Assembly: GCA_965153355.1 (NCBI GenBank)
Contig: OZ231126.1
Span: 1,116,001 to 1,180,000, forward strand
Origin: Flaccisagitta enflata
Taxonomy: Eukaryota
Direction: 5' to 3'
Length of the DNA: 64,000 bases
In this document: positions 39,857 through 54,189 of the stretch, one piece after another
Position numbering within the stretch: the first letter of the stretch is position 1
Layout: each line of letters starts with the position of its first letter
Translations under genes and position numbers: made by a program
Notes under the pieces: model-generated
The model's input: only the letters and a program-made list of their open reading frames with translations
Database searches by the model: none
Told to the model about the DNA's origin: nothing

Positions 39857-42800
39857 TAGTGAAAAGTTTACCCTAGAATCAGTCAAAAACAGGTAAAGAA
39901 GTTGTGAAACAAGGCGTACGCAAATCAATGGTACAGTTACAAGAGGCCATAACGGTCACTGTAAAAGCAAAAGTTACTGCCATAACACGCAGAAATAAAC
40001 TTTTATCAAAAAAGAACAGGTTTAATTAATCAATATTTAAGAAGAAATGACTTATTTCTATGACAAGGATACTTAATTTGAGTAAGATAGTACTTTAAGA
40101 AAACGATTGTTTACCATTTTAATTTGATGACCTTCTCAGAAAGAGTTGTTATCCTTTGACTTATGTGTAGTTTATGCAAGTTGGAATAGAAGCGACTGTT
40201 TTTCCTTTCTTTTGTTTATTTGTTGAAAAAAAATGAGCAGGACGAAGGCAGAGAAAATACTAGTAGGTCCTATTTCCAGAACAATCTTCTTGGGATAAAA
40301 ATAGACTACACAAATCAATTCTTAACTAATCAAATCTTGTTTACGTTTTTTATGTCTAACATAATTGCTTGCGGAGCTCCTTGGCGGTCTTAACGGGGAA
40401 TTTTTACTCATCATCTTTCTAAGAAAAGATTGAAGGCAACTACATCTTGGTTTGTGCCCTTTTCTCTTTTCTCTTCCTTCCCATGCTCCTTCAAACGTAA
40501 ATGAAGGAAGATTTCAGCGACAAACAAAGGTTTAAAGATTATAAAGAATAAAACATATTTAATCTCTCTAGCTTTTGCTTAAATCCTACATAAAGATAAA
40601 ACATAAACAAGACCAAGTGAAGGCCAATAAGTGCGCCTAGCTTGATTAAGAATGAACGTTTTTGAATGAACGTTTTTGAATGAATAAATAAATGAATGAA
40701 TAAATAAATGAATGAATGAATGAATGAATAAGTGAATAAATGAATGAATGAATGAATGAATGAATGAAAATGAATGTGGTAAAGTATGAGAGGTGATAGG
40801 AATTACGAAATACATCAGAATGAGCCGGTTTGCGTAATTCAAACGTTTGCGTGACCGACCAACCAACCGACCGACCAACCGACCAACCGACCAATGGACA
40901 TGACCTCTTGTAGAAGTGCGAGGACGCACTCAATAAGAAACAAACACAGGAAAATTGTAATACAAAAAAACATCAGTTTTTACTCTGCAAGACTTGGTCA
41001 GCTTGGAATCCAGGGTTTTTCGCATCTTTGAAAACAAGCCCAAGAGGGCAACAGTCGCGTGCGTCTGGAAACAAAAAAAAAAAAACAGAACAAACGAACA
41101 AGGAAAATAATTAAAAAAAAGAAAAAAGCAGGAAACAGCAGTTAGGAAGCGACGTTACACTAAGCAACAAATGTACAACAGTAGGATTTAACATAAATAT
41201 CGTTTCATACCAGGCTTCCTCACCTATCAGCGTCAGAACGGCAACATGTGATATAATTCGTTATCATGCGTATGACTATGAGGGGGGAAAACAACAGCAA
41301 GCTTTGTACACTGTGATTCATTTGGTTTGTTGATGCCAGACGCAATGTTGGTTTTAAATGATAGATATCGTTAAGAGGTGGCAAAAATGGAAATTCGCCT
41401 ATAGTGGAAAGAATTTGTTGGTCCCTTGATATCAGATATTGGAGCACCACTGTGTACAGTTCAGTCTCTTATCAAATAGTCAAATATCTTTTTTTTTAAG
41501 GGTTTCAAAAACAAGGCCGGATACACGGCAAGACAGTCGCTGACGATTGTACCGGGCCGTAATGCAATAATCGCTCGGAGTTCGACAAAATCCGTAACCT
41601 ACCGACCGACACGGCAAGGTCCGCGACTAGAAAAAAAATAATAATGAAGCATTTTCAGATTTTTGCTAGTAAACTAAAATTTGTGCTCCGTTTTGCCAAT
41701 TTACATGCCGAAAAAATGTTGTGCGCTTTTTAGTCGCGTGCTACGCGACTCTACACCCGTCGATAGGTCGGTTGGTCCCTGTTTACTTTTTTGGCGTTTT
41801 TGAGCGTTTTGAGCTCACGGCTCAAGCTCAAATGCTCCTGTGACCTTCTCCGTCACTGCCCCTGCCCAGCCGCACGCAGTTAGGGTAGCCGTGTGTCCGG
41901 CCTTCTTTATCCCCAAAAAAGCTTTTTTATGATAACAGTGCTATGAAATGCCAAAATCATGCATTGTTTTTACTACATTCTTAGCATCTATTCATTCATT
42001 AAAGACCTCCGTCACCATTAGTACGGTCTAATTAGCAAACAAAAGCTTCAAAAATTGATAAAGTTGGGGATTACATGTTAGTAACCTGTGAAGACAAGTT
42101 TATTTGACCAGAAAATAATCTATATGTGACTCGATATCAATTATCGTTTCGGACGACTCCCACCCCACTCCCAAACATTCGCAAAATGTTTCTAAAACGC
42201 TCGTTTTTCCACTTTTCAACTCGATCATTATGGACGGACCGACGGACCGATGGACATGCAATTTGATGATATTGAAATGGCTTTCAGATTGATCTAAGCA
42301 AAACCTTTTTTTTTTAAGGCAAAAACTACAATATGCAACTGAGTTTTTGGACGTATTGTCATTTTTTGCCTTCATAAGAATTTTAGCTTCAATCTTTTTC
42401 AAAACTATTCTAATGGCCGCAAAATATCATATTCAGACTATTTTCCCATAAAGATCAATTTTTTTTAGATTTTGGCTGTCATAGAATTTCACAATTTTCC
42501 TATTTCTGAAGCATTTTTTGGCTAATTTGACCATTTTAATGGTGATGTAGGTCGATTAATTTTTAGAATGTTGCAAAGATAAAGCAATACTATTTGTTCT
42601 TTTTGAAAAATTTCAAAGATTTGGGTATATCATGGTAATATTTGTAAAGAATGGTAAATTGTCATAACGGCGGTAACCAGGCTTTTCGGAGCGAAAATTT
42701 CAGTATATATGCAATAATTCTTTTGCGCATTTTCACCTATTTGACATTTGCCCGAGTAAGTGTGACTGGTGGACCAACAGACCAACGGACCAAGTGACGC

Positions 42801-43112
42801 GACTAAGATATACCAGGGGAAAAATTATTGGAAAATAGACAAAAACAAGGCCGGATACATGGTGTAAAGTCGCGTGTCGGCGATTAAAAATTTCTATTTT
42901 TTCTCTACATTTCAGTCACAAACAAAAAGATTTGATGATGCATACCCAAAAAAAACTTATCAAAATAGGATGTAGTTAAAAATGCTGCTTAGAAATTATC
43001 TTCTGACATTCCAAAAACAGACGCAACAAAAAGAGAATTTAAACACGAAATGAAATAAGAATCGTGGCGATGGGAAAGATAAACGAATTTTGCAGAGAAC
43101 TCTCAATGGGAG

Positions 43113-43243
<131 letters not shown>

Positions 43244-43326
43244 TTTCATGTTCCTCGTATTTTCAAGTTCAAGTTCAAGATCAAGGCCGAACCGAAAGAA
43301 ATATTTGTTTTTTAGAGTCATGGCGT

Positions 43327-43412
43327 CTGTAGGATTGGGTTTGTAGGATTGGGTTTGTAGGATTGGGTTTGTAGGATTGGGTTTGTAGGATTGGGTTTGT
43401 AGGAGTGGGTTT
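43327..43412 (+). repeat. 14-bp repeat AGGATTGGGTTTGT
   Basis: About 6 copies; a shorter copy lies at about 32840-32873. Confidence 0.85.
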
Positions 43413-45039
43413 GTCTGTTCTTGCTTTCGTCTGCTCGTCCATTCGTCTTTGCGTCCATCTGTTTATCCGTTTCCGATTTTTAGTCACGTGCACGCAAATC
43501 TACAACCTTCTTCATCCGTCGACCCGTCTGTCCGTCAGTCCGTTTATCCGTACATCCGTCCATCAGTCCATCCATTGAACTTTTTGTTTTTTTTTTTTTT
43601 TTGCGTTTACAGGCGGTTGTTGCATTACTGCTCCCGTCCAAATACATGGTTAGCCTTTTTAATCAATGCATCTGCCCTCCAGCAAGCGACTTAGGCGGCT
43701 GTGTATCCGGCCTTGTTTTTTGATACCCTTTTTTGAAATAGCTTGAAGTTACCATGAGCCCAAACTTGGTTCAGGGCTTGAATTCAGCTCCATACTGGCT
43801 GATGGTCATTTTCAATTTAGACGGGTTTTGCTATTAGAATTAGTGTATATGTTTAATGAGGGAATGTTTTTTATTTTCAAAATGGTGTCTCTTGAGTATG
43901 AAAAGAAAAAAGATCCTTGGAATCTATTTGATATCATTGCACATATTTTAACAAGGCCGGATACACGACCAAAAAGTAGTTGCTGGCGGGTGGGCAGGAG
44001 CAGTAATGCGGTGGGCAGGAACAGAATGGGGCAGGGCGGGGGCTGTTATGTTACAGGGCAAAAGATCCAAAGAGAGGGTAAATGATGTCTTTTTAGATAT
44101 ACGAAAGGAGAGTAACACAAGCGCATCGTTTGCCAATAAGGTCTTATTTCCTACCTCGGGGTGAATGCTCTCGGTTCTAATTAAAAAAAAGAAGTTGTCG
44201 ATGGCTAGTTTTTTTGGATCTTTTTTGTCGTCCATTATCAGTTATAAAGTTGGTTATTAAGATACAGGAATTATTCAATTAACAACATAAGAGAAGGAAT
44301 TTTGAGTATTTTTTTTCTCTTTTGTTTTTTTAGTCTCGGTTGTAAGCGACTTTATGAGGGGCTTTTTGGGTAGGTCTAAATCACCGCCCCAAGACCAAGT
44401 CCCAGCCTTGAAATCCTAATCCCATCCTTTGGACTCAAATCTTAGCCTTCAAACTCCAGTCCCAGCTCATTGGCCCAAATCTCATCCCAGTGGCCTAAAA
44501 CCGCTTAAATCCAAGCTTAAATCATAAGTTTATCACCTCAACTCTGTAGTCATAGTTCTTTGTAAATAGTTTTGATCAATAAAAGTCCATGAAATTTTAT
44601 GATAATTTTGTAGTTCTCATTCCCATCATTTTGTATCTTTAAACGTAATAGTTTCAGTATCATACACGAAAGGAAAAAAAACGGGTAATAAACTTTTGAT
44701 GAGGATAACTAGTGGTGCGATGATTTTTCATAAAAAAGGAGGCTGAAATTACTTGGTCGCTTCAGCCAGAGTTTCATCTCACTGAGCATATCAAGAAATT
44801 TATCTGTCATCGTTTTTTTTAAGCGTTTTTCGCCTAAATGCGTGATTGTAAAGCACGCGTTACTGTTAGACTAAAGTTTAATCTTTTTTTTTTTTTGGTT
44901 GGGATTTTTTTTAGGAGAGGAAAAAAAAGTGGAAAGAATGATTTCGTTTTCGCTGATCGTTTCGACATCTTCGAGGAGCCCTTTTGGCCTTGAATGGACG
45001 TGAATGAAATATTCAAATCCCCATTATTCGTCTTTTGAG

Positions 45040-47330
45040 TTGACTTCTAGAATGGGAGGGGCTAAAGGCAGGGGTTTATAGGGATTTAGACTAGATTTGA
45101 ATGGACTTCAATGCTTCAATGACTTCAATGGACTTCAATGGACTTCAATGACTTCAATGGACTTTTCACACACTTCAATGGACTTCAACGGACTTCAATG
45201 TTTAACACACAATGGACTTCAATGGGTTTGAATGAAATTAACTTGTGATTTTACTTGTTCATTAAAACTATTCAAGTCCATTGAAGTCCAATGAGTCCAT
45301 TGAAGTCCATAGTTCATTGTCCATTGTTTCATTCAATTTATCAAAATTGTTCTAAATCCATTCATTAATTCCCTACCTCTAAGCCCCTCCCATTCAAGAA
45401 ACTGAACCATAATGATAACTAAAGAAAAATTTCATTGGGGCTCTACCTATTAGGGTAGAGCCCCAATGAAAACCCCAATGGACTCCAATGAAATATTCAA
45501 ATTGAAGCATTATTTGTTCTTTTGAGTTGACTTCCTAGAATGGGAGGGGCTAAAAGGTAGGGGTTTATAGGGGGATTTAGACTAGATTTGAATGGACTTC
45601 AATGGACTTCAATGGACTTCAATGGACTTCAATGGACTTCAATGGACTTCAATGGACTTCAATGGACTTCAATGGACTTCAATGGGTTTGAATGAAATTA
45701 ACGGTGATTTTACTTGTTCATTAAAACCTATTCAAGTCCATTGAAGTCCATTGAAGTCCATTGAAGTTCATTGAAGTTCATTGAAGTCCATTGAAGTTCA
45801 TTGAAGTTTATCAAAATTGGTTCTAAATCCCCCGTTAAACCCCTACCTCTAAGCCCCTCCCATTCAAGAAACTGAACCATAATGATAACTAAAGAAAAAT
45901 TTCATTGGGGCTCTACCTATTAGGGTAGAGCCCCAATGAAAACCCCAATGGACTTCAATGAAATATTCAAATTGAAGCATTATTTGTTCTTTTGAGTTGA
46001 CTTCCTAGAATGGGAGGGGCTAAAAGGTAGGGGTTTATAGGGGGATTTAGACTAGATTTGAATGGACTTCAATGGACTTCAATGGACTTCAATGGACTTC
46101 AATGGACTTCAATGGACTTCAATGGACTTCAATGGGTTTGAATGAAATTAAGGGTGATTTTCCTTGTTGGAAGCCATCACAAGTCATTCAAACCTATTCA
46201 AGTCCATTGAAGCTCATTGAAGTCCATTGAAGTTCATTGAAGTCCATTGAAGTTCATTGAAGTTCATCAAAATTGGTTCTAAATCCCCCGTTAAACCCCT
46301 ACCTCTAAGCCCCTCCCATTCAAGAAACTGAACCATAATGATAACTAAAGAAAAATTTCATTGGGGCTCTACCTATTAGGGTAGAGCCCCAATGAAAACC
46401 CCAATGGACTTCAATGAAATATTCTTGTGAGTTGACTTCCTAGAATGGGAGGGGCTAAAAGGTAGGGGTTTATAGGGGGATTTAGACTAGAATTGAATCG
46501 TCTTCAATGGATTTTGATGGTCAGCATCACTCGCTCATTCAGCATCATCTGCCCAGTCAGCATCATCAGCATCATCAGCTCAGTCAGCATCAGGTTGAAT
46601 GGACTTGAATTGGTTTGAATGACTTGTGATGGCTTCAAACAGGAATATCTATGAAAATCACCATTTATTTCATTGAAACCCATTCCGATTCATTCAAACC
46701 CATTGAAGTCCGTTGAAGTCCATTGAAATGCAGTCTAAATCCCCCTATAAACCCCTACCTTTTAGCCCCTCCCATTCTAGGAAGTCAACTCAAAAGAACA
46801 AATAATGCTTCAATTTGAAGATTTCATTGGAGTCCATTGGGGTTTTCATTGGGGCTCTACCCTAAGAGGTAGAGCCCCAATGAAATTTCTAGTTAGTTAT
46901 CATTATGGTTCAGTTTCTTGAATGGGAGGGGCTAAGAGGTAGGGATTTAACGGGGGATTTAGAACCAATTTTGATGAATTGAATTTATTTCAATGGACTT
47001 CAATGAACTTCAATGGACTCCAATGAACTTCAATGGACTTGAATAGGTTTGAATGACTTGTGATGGCTTCCCACAGGAAAAATCACCCTTAATTTCATTG
47101 AAACCCATTCCGATTCATTCAAACCCATTGAAGTCCATTGAAGTCCATTGAAGTCCATTGAAGTCCATTGAAGTCCATTGAAGTCCATTGAAGTCCATTG
47201 AAGTCCATTGAAGTCCATTGAAGTCCATTGAAGTCCATTGAAGTCCATTGAAGTCCATTGAAATCCATTGAAATCTAGTCTAAATCCCCCTATAAACCCC
47301 TACCTTTTAGCCCCTCCCATTCTAGGAAGT
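45040..47330. repeat. Array of ~460-480-bp inverted-repeat units with (AATGGACTTC)n filler, forming a macro-palindrome
   Basis: G-rich arm TTCCTAGAATGGGAGGGGCTAAAAGGTAGGGGTTTATAGGGGGATTTAG alternates with its complement; orientation flips near 46550. Confidence 0.88.
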
Positions 47331-47409
47331 GTAAGCCGAGACATAGAACAACAGGCACGTGGTGCTTGGTGAAAGAGGATGCACTTGAAAGAGTATATGC
47401 GCGGTGGAA

Positions 47410-47620
47410 GAAGACAAACTCGATAAAAGAGGACAAACTCGGTGAAAAAGGACAAACTCGGTAAACGAGAACAAACTCGGTTAAAGAGGACAAACTCGGT
47501 TAAAGAGGACAAACTCGGTAAAAGAGGACAAACTCGGTAAAAGAGGACAAACTCGGTAAAAGAGGACAAACTCGGTAAAAAAGGACAAACACGGTAAAAA
47601 AGGTCAAGCTCGGCAAAAGA
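47410..47620 (+). repeat. ~19-bp minisatellite AAAGAGGACAAACTCGGTA
   Basis: About 10 tandem copies. Confidence 0.9.
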
Positions 47621-50600
47621 GGTAAATGAAATAAATACAGCAAAACTAACTGACCTGTTTGTCAACGACACTGCCAACATGTGCGCACCTTCAATCCTTC
47701 ATGTCATCCCAAGTCAACGTCACCAGTTGGCGTCACAGAGACTCATCAACCACACCAAATGGAAGCAGCGATCGGCAACATTGATTGCTGTCATACAGAA
47801 ACACTAATTGATAATCCGCATGTTGCTGCTGGTAGATAATAACGTCCGTGATGCGTCATCAGAGTTGATGTTATTTTGACGGTATCCGCCGGCGACAAGC
47901 CACTCAATGGTATCGACTACATCAAAAACACTTTTTGATGTTCTGAACATTGCTAGTGAAAGCTTAACCGGGAATTTATCCAAAAATGGCGTTGAGCTCG
48001 AATTTTGATCCATTGAAATTGAAGTCATATCTTTGTAGCAGGCACTTTCTTCATCTGTGATCCTTTTCCTTCTTTTTTAGTCGCAGGCACAAGGCCATGA
48101 CTGTCCTAAAGTTCATCTGTCAACTGTCGGTTGAAGGGGTTCTTAAAGACAGATTGGAATGAAACTGGGCACATTGGTAGAACATGACAATAGGGTCTTG
48201 TTTTTCCCGCCATTCCTTTGATCTAAATGACCATTCAATCCTCAGTTGGGTTTTTTAGTCGCGGACCCGCGACTCTAAACCTTGCTATGTCGGTCGGTCC
48301 GTCGGTCCCATAACATTCTTAGTCGCGTGCTACGCGACTCTACAGCCCGCTTTGTCGGTCCGTCGGTCCGTCGGTCCGTCACACTTTTACCTAAAATACC
48401 CTAAAGTATCCTTAAGTACCCTAAAGTATCCTAAGGTACCCAAAAGTTCACGTTCACGCGACTAATTATGGCTCTTGTATTTCATGAAACAAGACGCTAG
48501 AAACAAGTTAGCCAACCATTTTGTGGGCCTTTTGGTCGGTCTGACCATCTATCTGTCCATCAGTCCTCTTTGCCCTTTTCAGCAAAACAAGGCCCAGTAG
48601 GCCAATACATGCGCCGTGTGTATTGTCGAACAAATGCGTAACCAACGGATGGATGGACGGACAGAGCCTCTTGTTGACGTGCTTGGCGCACGTAAAAAAA
48701 GGCGATGCTGACTGGGTGAGTGTGATGTTGACTGAGTGGGGGTGATGATGCTGATTGTGTGGGTGATGTCAACTTGGTTAAGGTGATGCTGACAGTCTCA
48801 GAACCAATCATAAAGCTTCTCATTAGGGCCAATCAGAAATCTTAAAAAAAGCTATTTTTCTCGGCATCCAGATTGTCAAGTGCGTTGAAGCATTACACGC
48901 CGTGTCTCATTTCGTTACAATGCCTAGCTTTCTAGATTGCTACATTTTCGGGGTTCCTTTGGGCAACCAGATGTAGTCATGTGTTGTAACAAACTTTTAT
49001 CATTCAGTTTGCGTCGAGGCGCTTGTTAATGGATTTTTCTGTGTGATGTATAATTATAAGTTGTCCGATGTCAATGTTTTTCCTTAGGCCGTACTTATGT
49101 CCGTTTGACAGATTTTACTTTGACGAATTTGATTTCCTATGTTGCATGTTGGTTTATTTCGTTTTTGTTTTAACTGTTTTTTGTCGCGGACTAGCGACTC
49201 TTTAAGAGGCTTTGTCCATTGGTCGGTCGGTCCGTGGTGATCGAGTTGAGAGAGTGCAAAAACGCGCATTTCCGCCCCTGCCCACCCGTCCGCGACTGGT
49301 ATTGGCTGTGTATCCGGCCTTGTTATGTCTTACAATGCCAATAGATATCTGATCGTATTCATAAGCCAGAGAATCCATGTTGCCGGCTTCTCAATTTCCA
49401 TTATGGGATCCGCTCTGACGAAGTGGACATTCTTGCTGAAAATAAAATTACACAACTGTGGGGATCCTGTTGGCGGATCCGGTAGGAGATCAGGAGGTGC
49501 GTGACCTACTCTTTTTAGTCGCAGACTAGCGACTGAGGTTTTGTCCATCTGTCTGTCTGTCCGTCCATTGGTAATGATCAAGTTTGAAAGTGCAAAAACA
49601 CGCATTTCCGCCCCTACCCACCCCTGCGCGACTGGTATTGGCAGTGTATCCGGCCTTGTTTATTTACGGACAAGTAAATTTTTTCTTATGCTTAGATGTC
49701 CTTAAATTTTTGTAAATTTCAGTCTGAAATGTTCTTAGCCTTTCCTTGATAATTCTATTTAAATCGGGTTATCAATGTATAGTGATATAATTAATACAGT
49801 TTAAATAGAAACTAGCTATTAATTTCTATTTGTTTAAAACTGTTCAATGTGTTCACCGAGTACCCGACGTTAGAACTGTCTAAATCAAATGCAGGCTAGG
49901 AGGGGGGGGGGAATAAAATTTCATTCATCAGAACGCCGTCAATGTTTGGCGTAGAGATTTCTCAAGAGCAGAGCATTTGAAGAATCGCTACGATGACATA
50001 AATTGTATTGCGACAAGTCACCTTGACTATGGGAAGTTGTGGCAAAAGTTGTTTGAAGGGGTGTTAACTTTGTTCATTTCCGTGACCTTCATGTTGTAAA
50101 GCGTGTGGAAGTGTTCATGAAACCAATTCTTTTCGTACATTGGCAAATTAAAGTCGATAGCGTTGCCGGCAGGAACCGTTGAAATTGCATAGACTCTTAT
50201 TACGTGTCACGACAGAACGAGCCATCCTAGCGTGGATTCTCCGACATCTTGATATGTGTGTATGTACGTACAAGATACACGATGTATATTCAGGTTGAAA
50301 CACGGAAATTCATTGTACACAACTTGGTAGAGAAAATTCCTGGAGACAACCGTCTCAACGCCGTAGTGAGACTGCAACTCACTCATTGAGTCTTTCCATT
50401 CGTCCTCAACAATCTCTTCGCGGAATTTCATTCATCAGATTGTGGAACAAGCTGTCTTGAATTTCTCTTCCTACGCTCTTACAGAAATTCTTAGCTTTGT
50501 GGCGGAAAATGCGAGGAAACTGGGGGCATTAATGGCGATAATGTGTAAGTATACCTGTTTTAAACTTCCAGGTCAAGGCTGCTGTTTAGTTTGTTCAGTT

Positions 50601-51081
50601 TGTGGCTAAAAATAAAAACATCCGAGTCTGAAGGATCCCGATCGATGACTCATTTTGCTTTTGCTTCTCTTTTCAGAATATCACGGAGATGCGCGGTTGT
50701 GGATTTACGGCGAATTCCGCGGACTAAGATTTCGAACCAACGTGTATGATGACGGTCAACGCCAAACTACATGATCTAGAGTGTATCAATTGTTTCCCCT
50801 CACTAAAATTTATAACGCACACCAGCTGTCCGTCTACTATCATCTCTCCAAGCCCGACGGTGTCTTGCAAGTCTTTAAAGACGTGTGAACGTGTTTCCTT
50901 CCTTCTCCGTATCTCCGTCTTCCACTTCTCTCCATGTCTCTCCACTTCCCAAGGCCCATGCGTCGTTTCAACCCTTTCCAACCTCATGGGTGACAAGTTG
51001 TTTCACTTAAGAAGGCGAGTGAATATTTGCGTGACGGGTTTGGTCGTTGTCCGCGACGGAATATCATTCCGACGCGAACCA

Positions 51082-51512
51082 CACTTTTTTTTTTAAAGAA
51101 CCTAGTTTATAAGAACATCAAGGCTTCAAATGGCTCCAAAATTAAGAACATCCTAAGAACATACAAAGGCTTCAAATTGTGAGAAAAAAATTTCGCTTAC
51201 AATAATATTCAAAGAATATTCAAATAACATTAAGAAAACACTTGAATTTTTGCATAATTAAGATGATATTTTATAATTTTTAAATAAATATCATGAAAAT
51301 ATCCCTAGACTTTAATGATTGACATTTGTTTTAACAGTATTTGATAGAAATATATCTAGTATAATTGAATGATAGTATATTGTAAGGTTTTCTATAGTTT
51401 ATATAGTATCTAGAATTAAGAACGCTGTAAGAACATTGAAGGTTTTATTTGGCCTTGAAAATAAGAACATGAAGCTTTCGGGAAAAAAATGACGTTCTTA
51501 TAAAAAAAAGTG
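51082..51512. mobile_element. AT-rich MITE with AAGAAC subrepeats
   Basis: Inverted ends CACTTTTTTTT..AAGAAC and GTTCTTATAAAAAAAAGTG; TA on the right. Confidence 0.6.
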
Positions 51513-51619
51513 TATGTCGTCGTTGTTACGGATTTTAAAAAATGGATAACTTTTTTACGCTTTGACCGATTTAGTTCATATTTGGTGGGAAGTTGTACTA
51601 GGGTAAGGCGCTTTGCATC

Positions 51620-52240
51620 CTATCCGATTTTTGTGATCCGACCAACCCAACTGGCTCAACCAGCCTACCGGCCTAAAAGTGAAAAACGTGCATAACTTTG
51701 GCATTTTTAAACCGATTTGGTTGAAATTTGGTATGGAGTCTCTAAGTGGAAGTACTCAACATATGTATGTGATTCATATGCATTTGAGCATGCTAACCGG
51801 CCAAACCAACCTACCACCCAACCAGCCTACCGACCAATAAGTGAAAAACTCCGATTTTTGTGATCCGACCAACCCAAATGGCTCAACCAGCCTACCAGCC
51901 TAAAAGTGAAAAATGTGCATATCTTAGGCGTTTTTCAACCAATTTGGTTAAAATTTGGTATGGAGTCTCTAAATGGAAGGACTCAACACATGTATGTGAT
52001 TTATTTGTTTGAGCATGCTAACCGGCCAAACTGACCTACCACCCAACCAGCTTACTGGCCTAAAAGTGAAATACTTGCATAAATTGGACATTTTTCAACC
52101 AATTTGGTATGGAGTCTCTAAATGGAAGAACTAAACATATGCAAACTATTTATCCAAACCAGCCTACCACCCAACCACCCTACTAGCCTAAAAGTGAAAC
52201 GGATTTGCATGAAACTTTGTATGGAGGCTCTAAATGTAAA
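51620..52240 (+). repeat. Diverged tandem repeats (CCAACCAGCCTACC..CCTAAAAGTGAAA…TTTGGTATGGAGTCTCTAA)
   Basis: Three to four recurring blocks; probably internal to a larger Helitron-like element spanning about 51000-52310. Confidence 0.6.
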
Positions 52241-53403
52241 GACTTAGAGTTTCTGAGTAGTCGGACTCTCAATTTCATATATTTCCCATGTTTAGCTTGC
52301 TCTTAATAACTCTATCCTTTTCAGTCGCATGTCCGCAACTATGTCCGCCCGTGGCCCACGTCCCCATGACCCTGCCCCACGTCACCTGTCCTTCTTTCAG
52401 AGCCTTTATAGAAGTTGCATGATGGTAAAATTGCTGCTTGTTCAACGCCCGCGGTTTCTGTAATGCAGTTGCGGCATCAACGACAACACCAGCTACGGCT
52501 TCAGTTTGTCTCTCAGACTGCCATTCCTTTTCATCTTTGGATCAGGTACAAGTTGTTTTTGATCATTATTGAGCTTCAAACGCCCTTTTGTGGCTACAAT
52601 ACGATGCCATTGAGGCAACATGGGATTTCCCATCCACATGTCTGAGAGAATAATAAGGACAAAGAGAAAACAGATTTTTTCGGATATGTATTTCTTCTGT
52701 CCGCCATTTGCCCCTGCCTTTAGCTTTTATATGCTTGTCTGTTGTTATACTGATACCAACTATGCCTGATATCCCTGTTATTTTTTTCCTTTCATGTGAT
52801 GCAATCCTCGGTGCTACTGATACTAATGTCGCCTCTGACCGACAGCATTTGACCCACTGATGGAGTCATGGAACTTTTCCGTGAGTACATACTTGGAGTA
52901 CTAAGTACATACCGTTCAAGTGACTTAATTCTCATTGACTCAACACTGCATCATCATGTAAGTACTTCCTCTATGCACGAAGAAGATGCTGACTGATCAT
53001 TATCAGTCAGCAGCATCATCATCAATCAGCATCATCATCATCAGTGATGATGCTTACATCTGTGTGTATTTCTACTATTGTGAGGCTACTATAATGATGT
53101 GATACTGTCATTGAGAATTACCGTCTTGCTAGGGTTACATAGCCACGGTATAAGGGTACCGCATCTTGGCTTGAGTACAGCCATCCTGATGGAGTTCAAC
53201 CATCGTTACTTTATAATTCAAGAATGTTTGCTTATATGCAAATTATCATCTCTGCTGCCGCTGCTGCTGATTTACCCCCTTTCACATGTCATACGGAATG
53301 ATCATCTCTATGGAAATCAGCTGGACTTCCTGATTGGAGATGATTTACCTTGTGAACCAATGAGACTTTCAGCCTACACACGAGACTGCTAAAAAAAAAA
53401 TGA

Positions 53404-54028
53404 CAGGGAGGGGGAAGGCTAAAAATTTTTTAGCAATTTTTTAGCAACTTTTTAGCAACATTTTAGCAACTTTTTAGCACAGGGATCCCCTTAAAAAAAT
53501 GATGTGCTAAAAAGTTTTTAGCTTGATTTTTATCCCAAAAAGTTTGCTAAAAAACAATGTGATCAGAATTCTTGATGCTAAAAAGTTTTTAGCATATACA
53601 AATTTGGCTAAAATTTTTTTAGCTTTTAAGATTTGGGCTAAAAAGTGAAGTGCTAAAAAGTGAAATGCTAAAAAGTTGATGCTAAAAAGTCTAATGCTAA
53701 AAAGTGAAAAGCTAAAAAGATTTAGGCTCTGAAGTTTGTTGCTATAAAGTTTTTAGCATACAAAAATAGGAATTTTAGCAATTGATATTTTAGCATGATA
53801 TATTTTAGCTTTTTTTAACTTGACCACATAGAATTTTAGCACCTTTTACCCTTTCAATTTCCAGCTAAAAACTTTTTAGCAACTATGAATAATTGCTAAA
53901 ATCATTTTAGCTCAAATTTAGTTGCTAAAAACGTTTTAGCGGGATCCCCTTAATGAAAATGTGTGCTAAAAAGTTGCTAAAAAGTTGCTAAAAAGTTGCT
54001 AAAAATTTTTTAGCCTTCCCCCGTACTG
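53404..54028. mobile_element. Foldback-like element built from GCTAAAA/TTTTAGC modules
   Basis: Inverted ends CAG…GGGGGAAGGCTAAAAATTTTTTAGCAA; dozens of GCTAAAA motifs in both orientations. Confidence 0.7.
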
Positions 54029-54189
54029 AGCAGTGTCGTAAAAAGTATAGCACGTTTTAGCGCACCCCATTTTTAGCGCCTTTTTAGCGCTTCACCTCAG
54101 GCAACCCCAACAAGATCCACGAGCAACGCGATCGCGACCCATAAGTGGGAAATGGTGACAGAACATGATCATGAACCAAATCAAAGATT

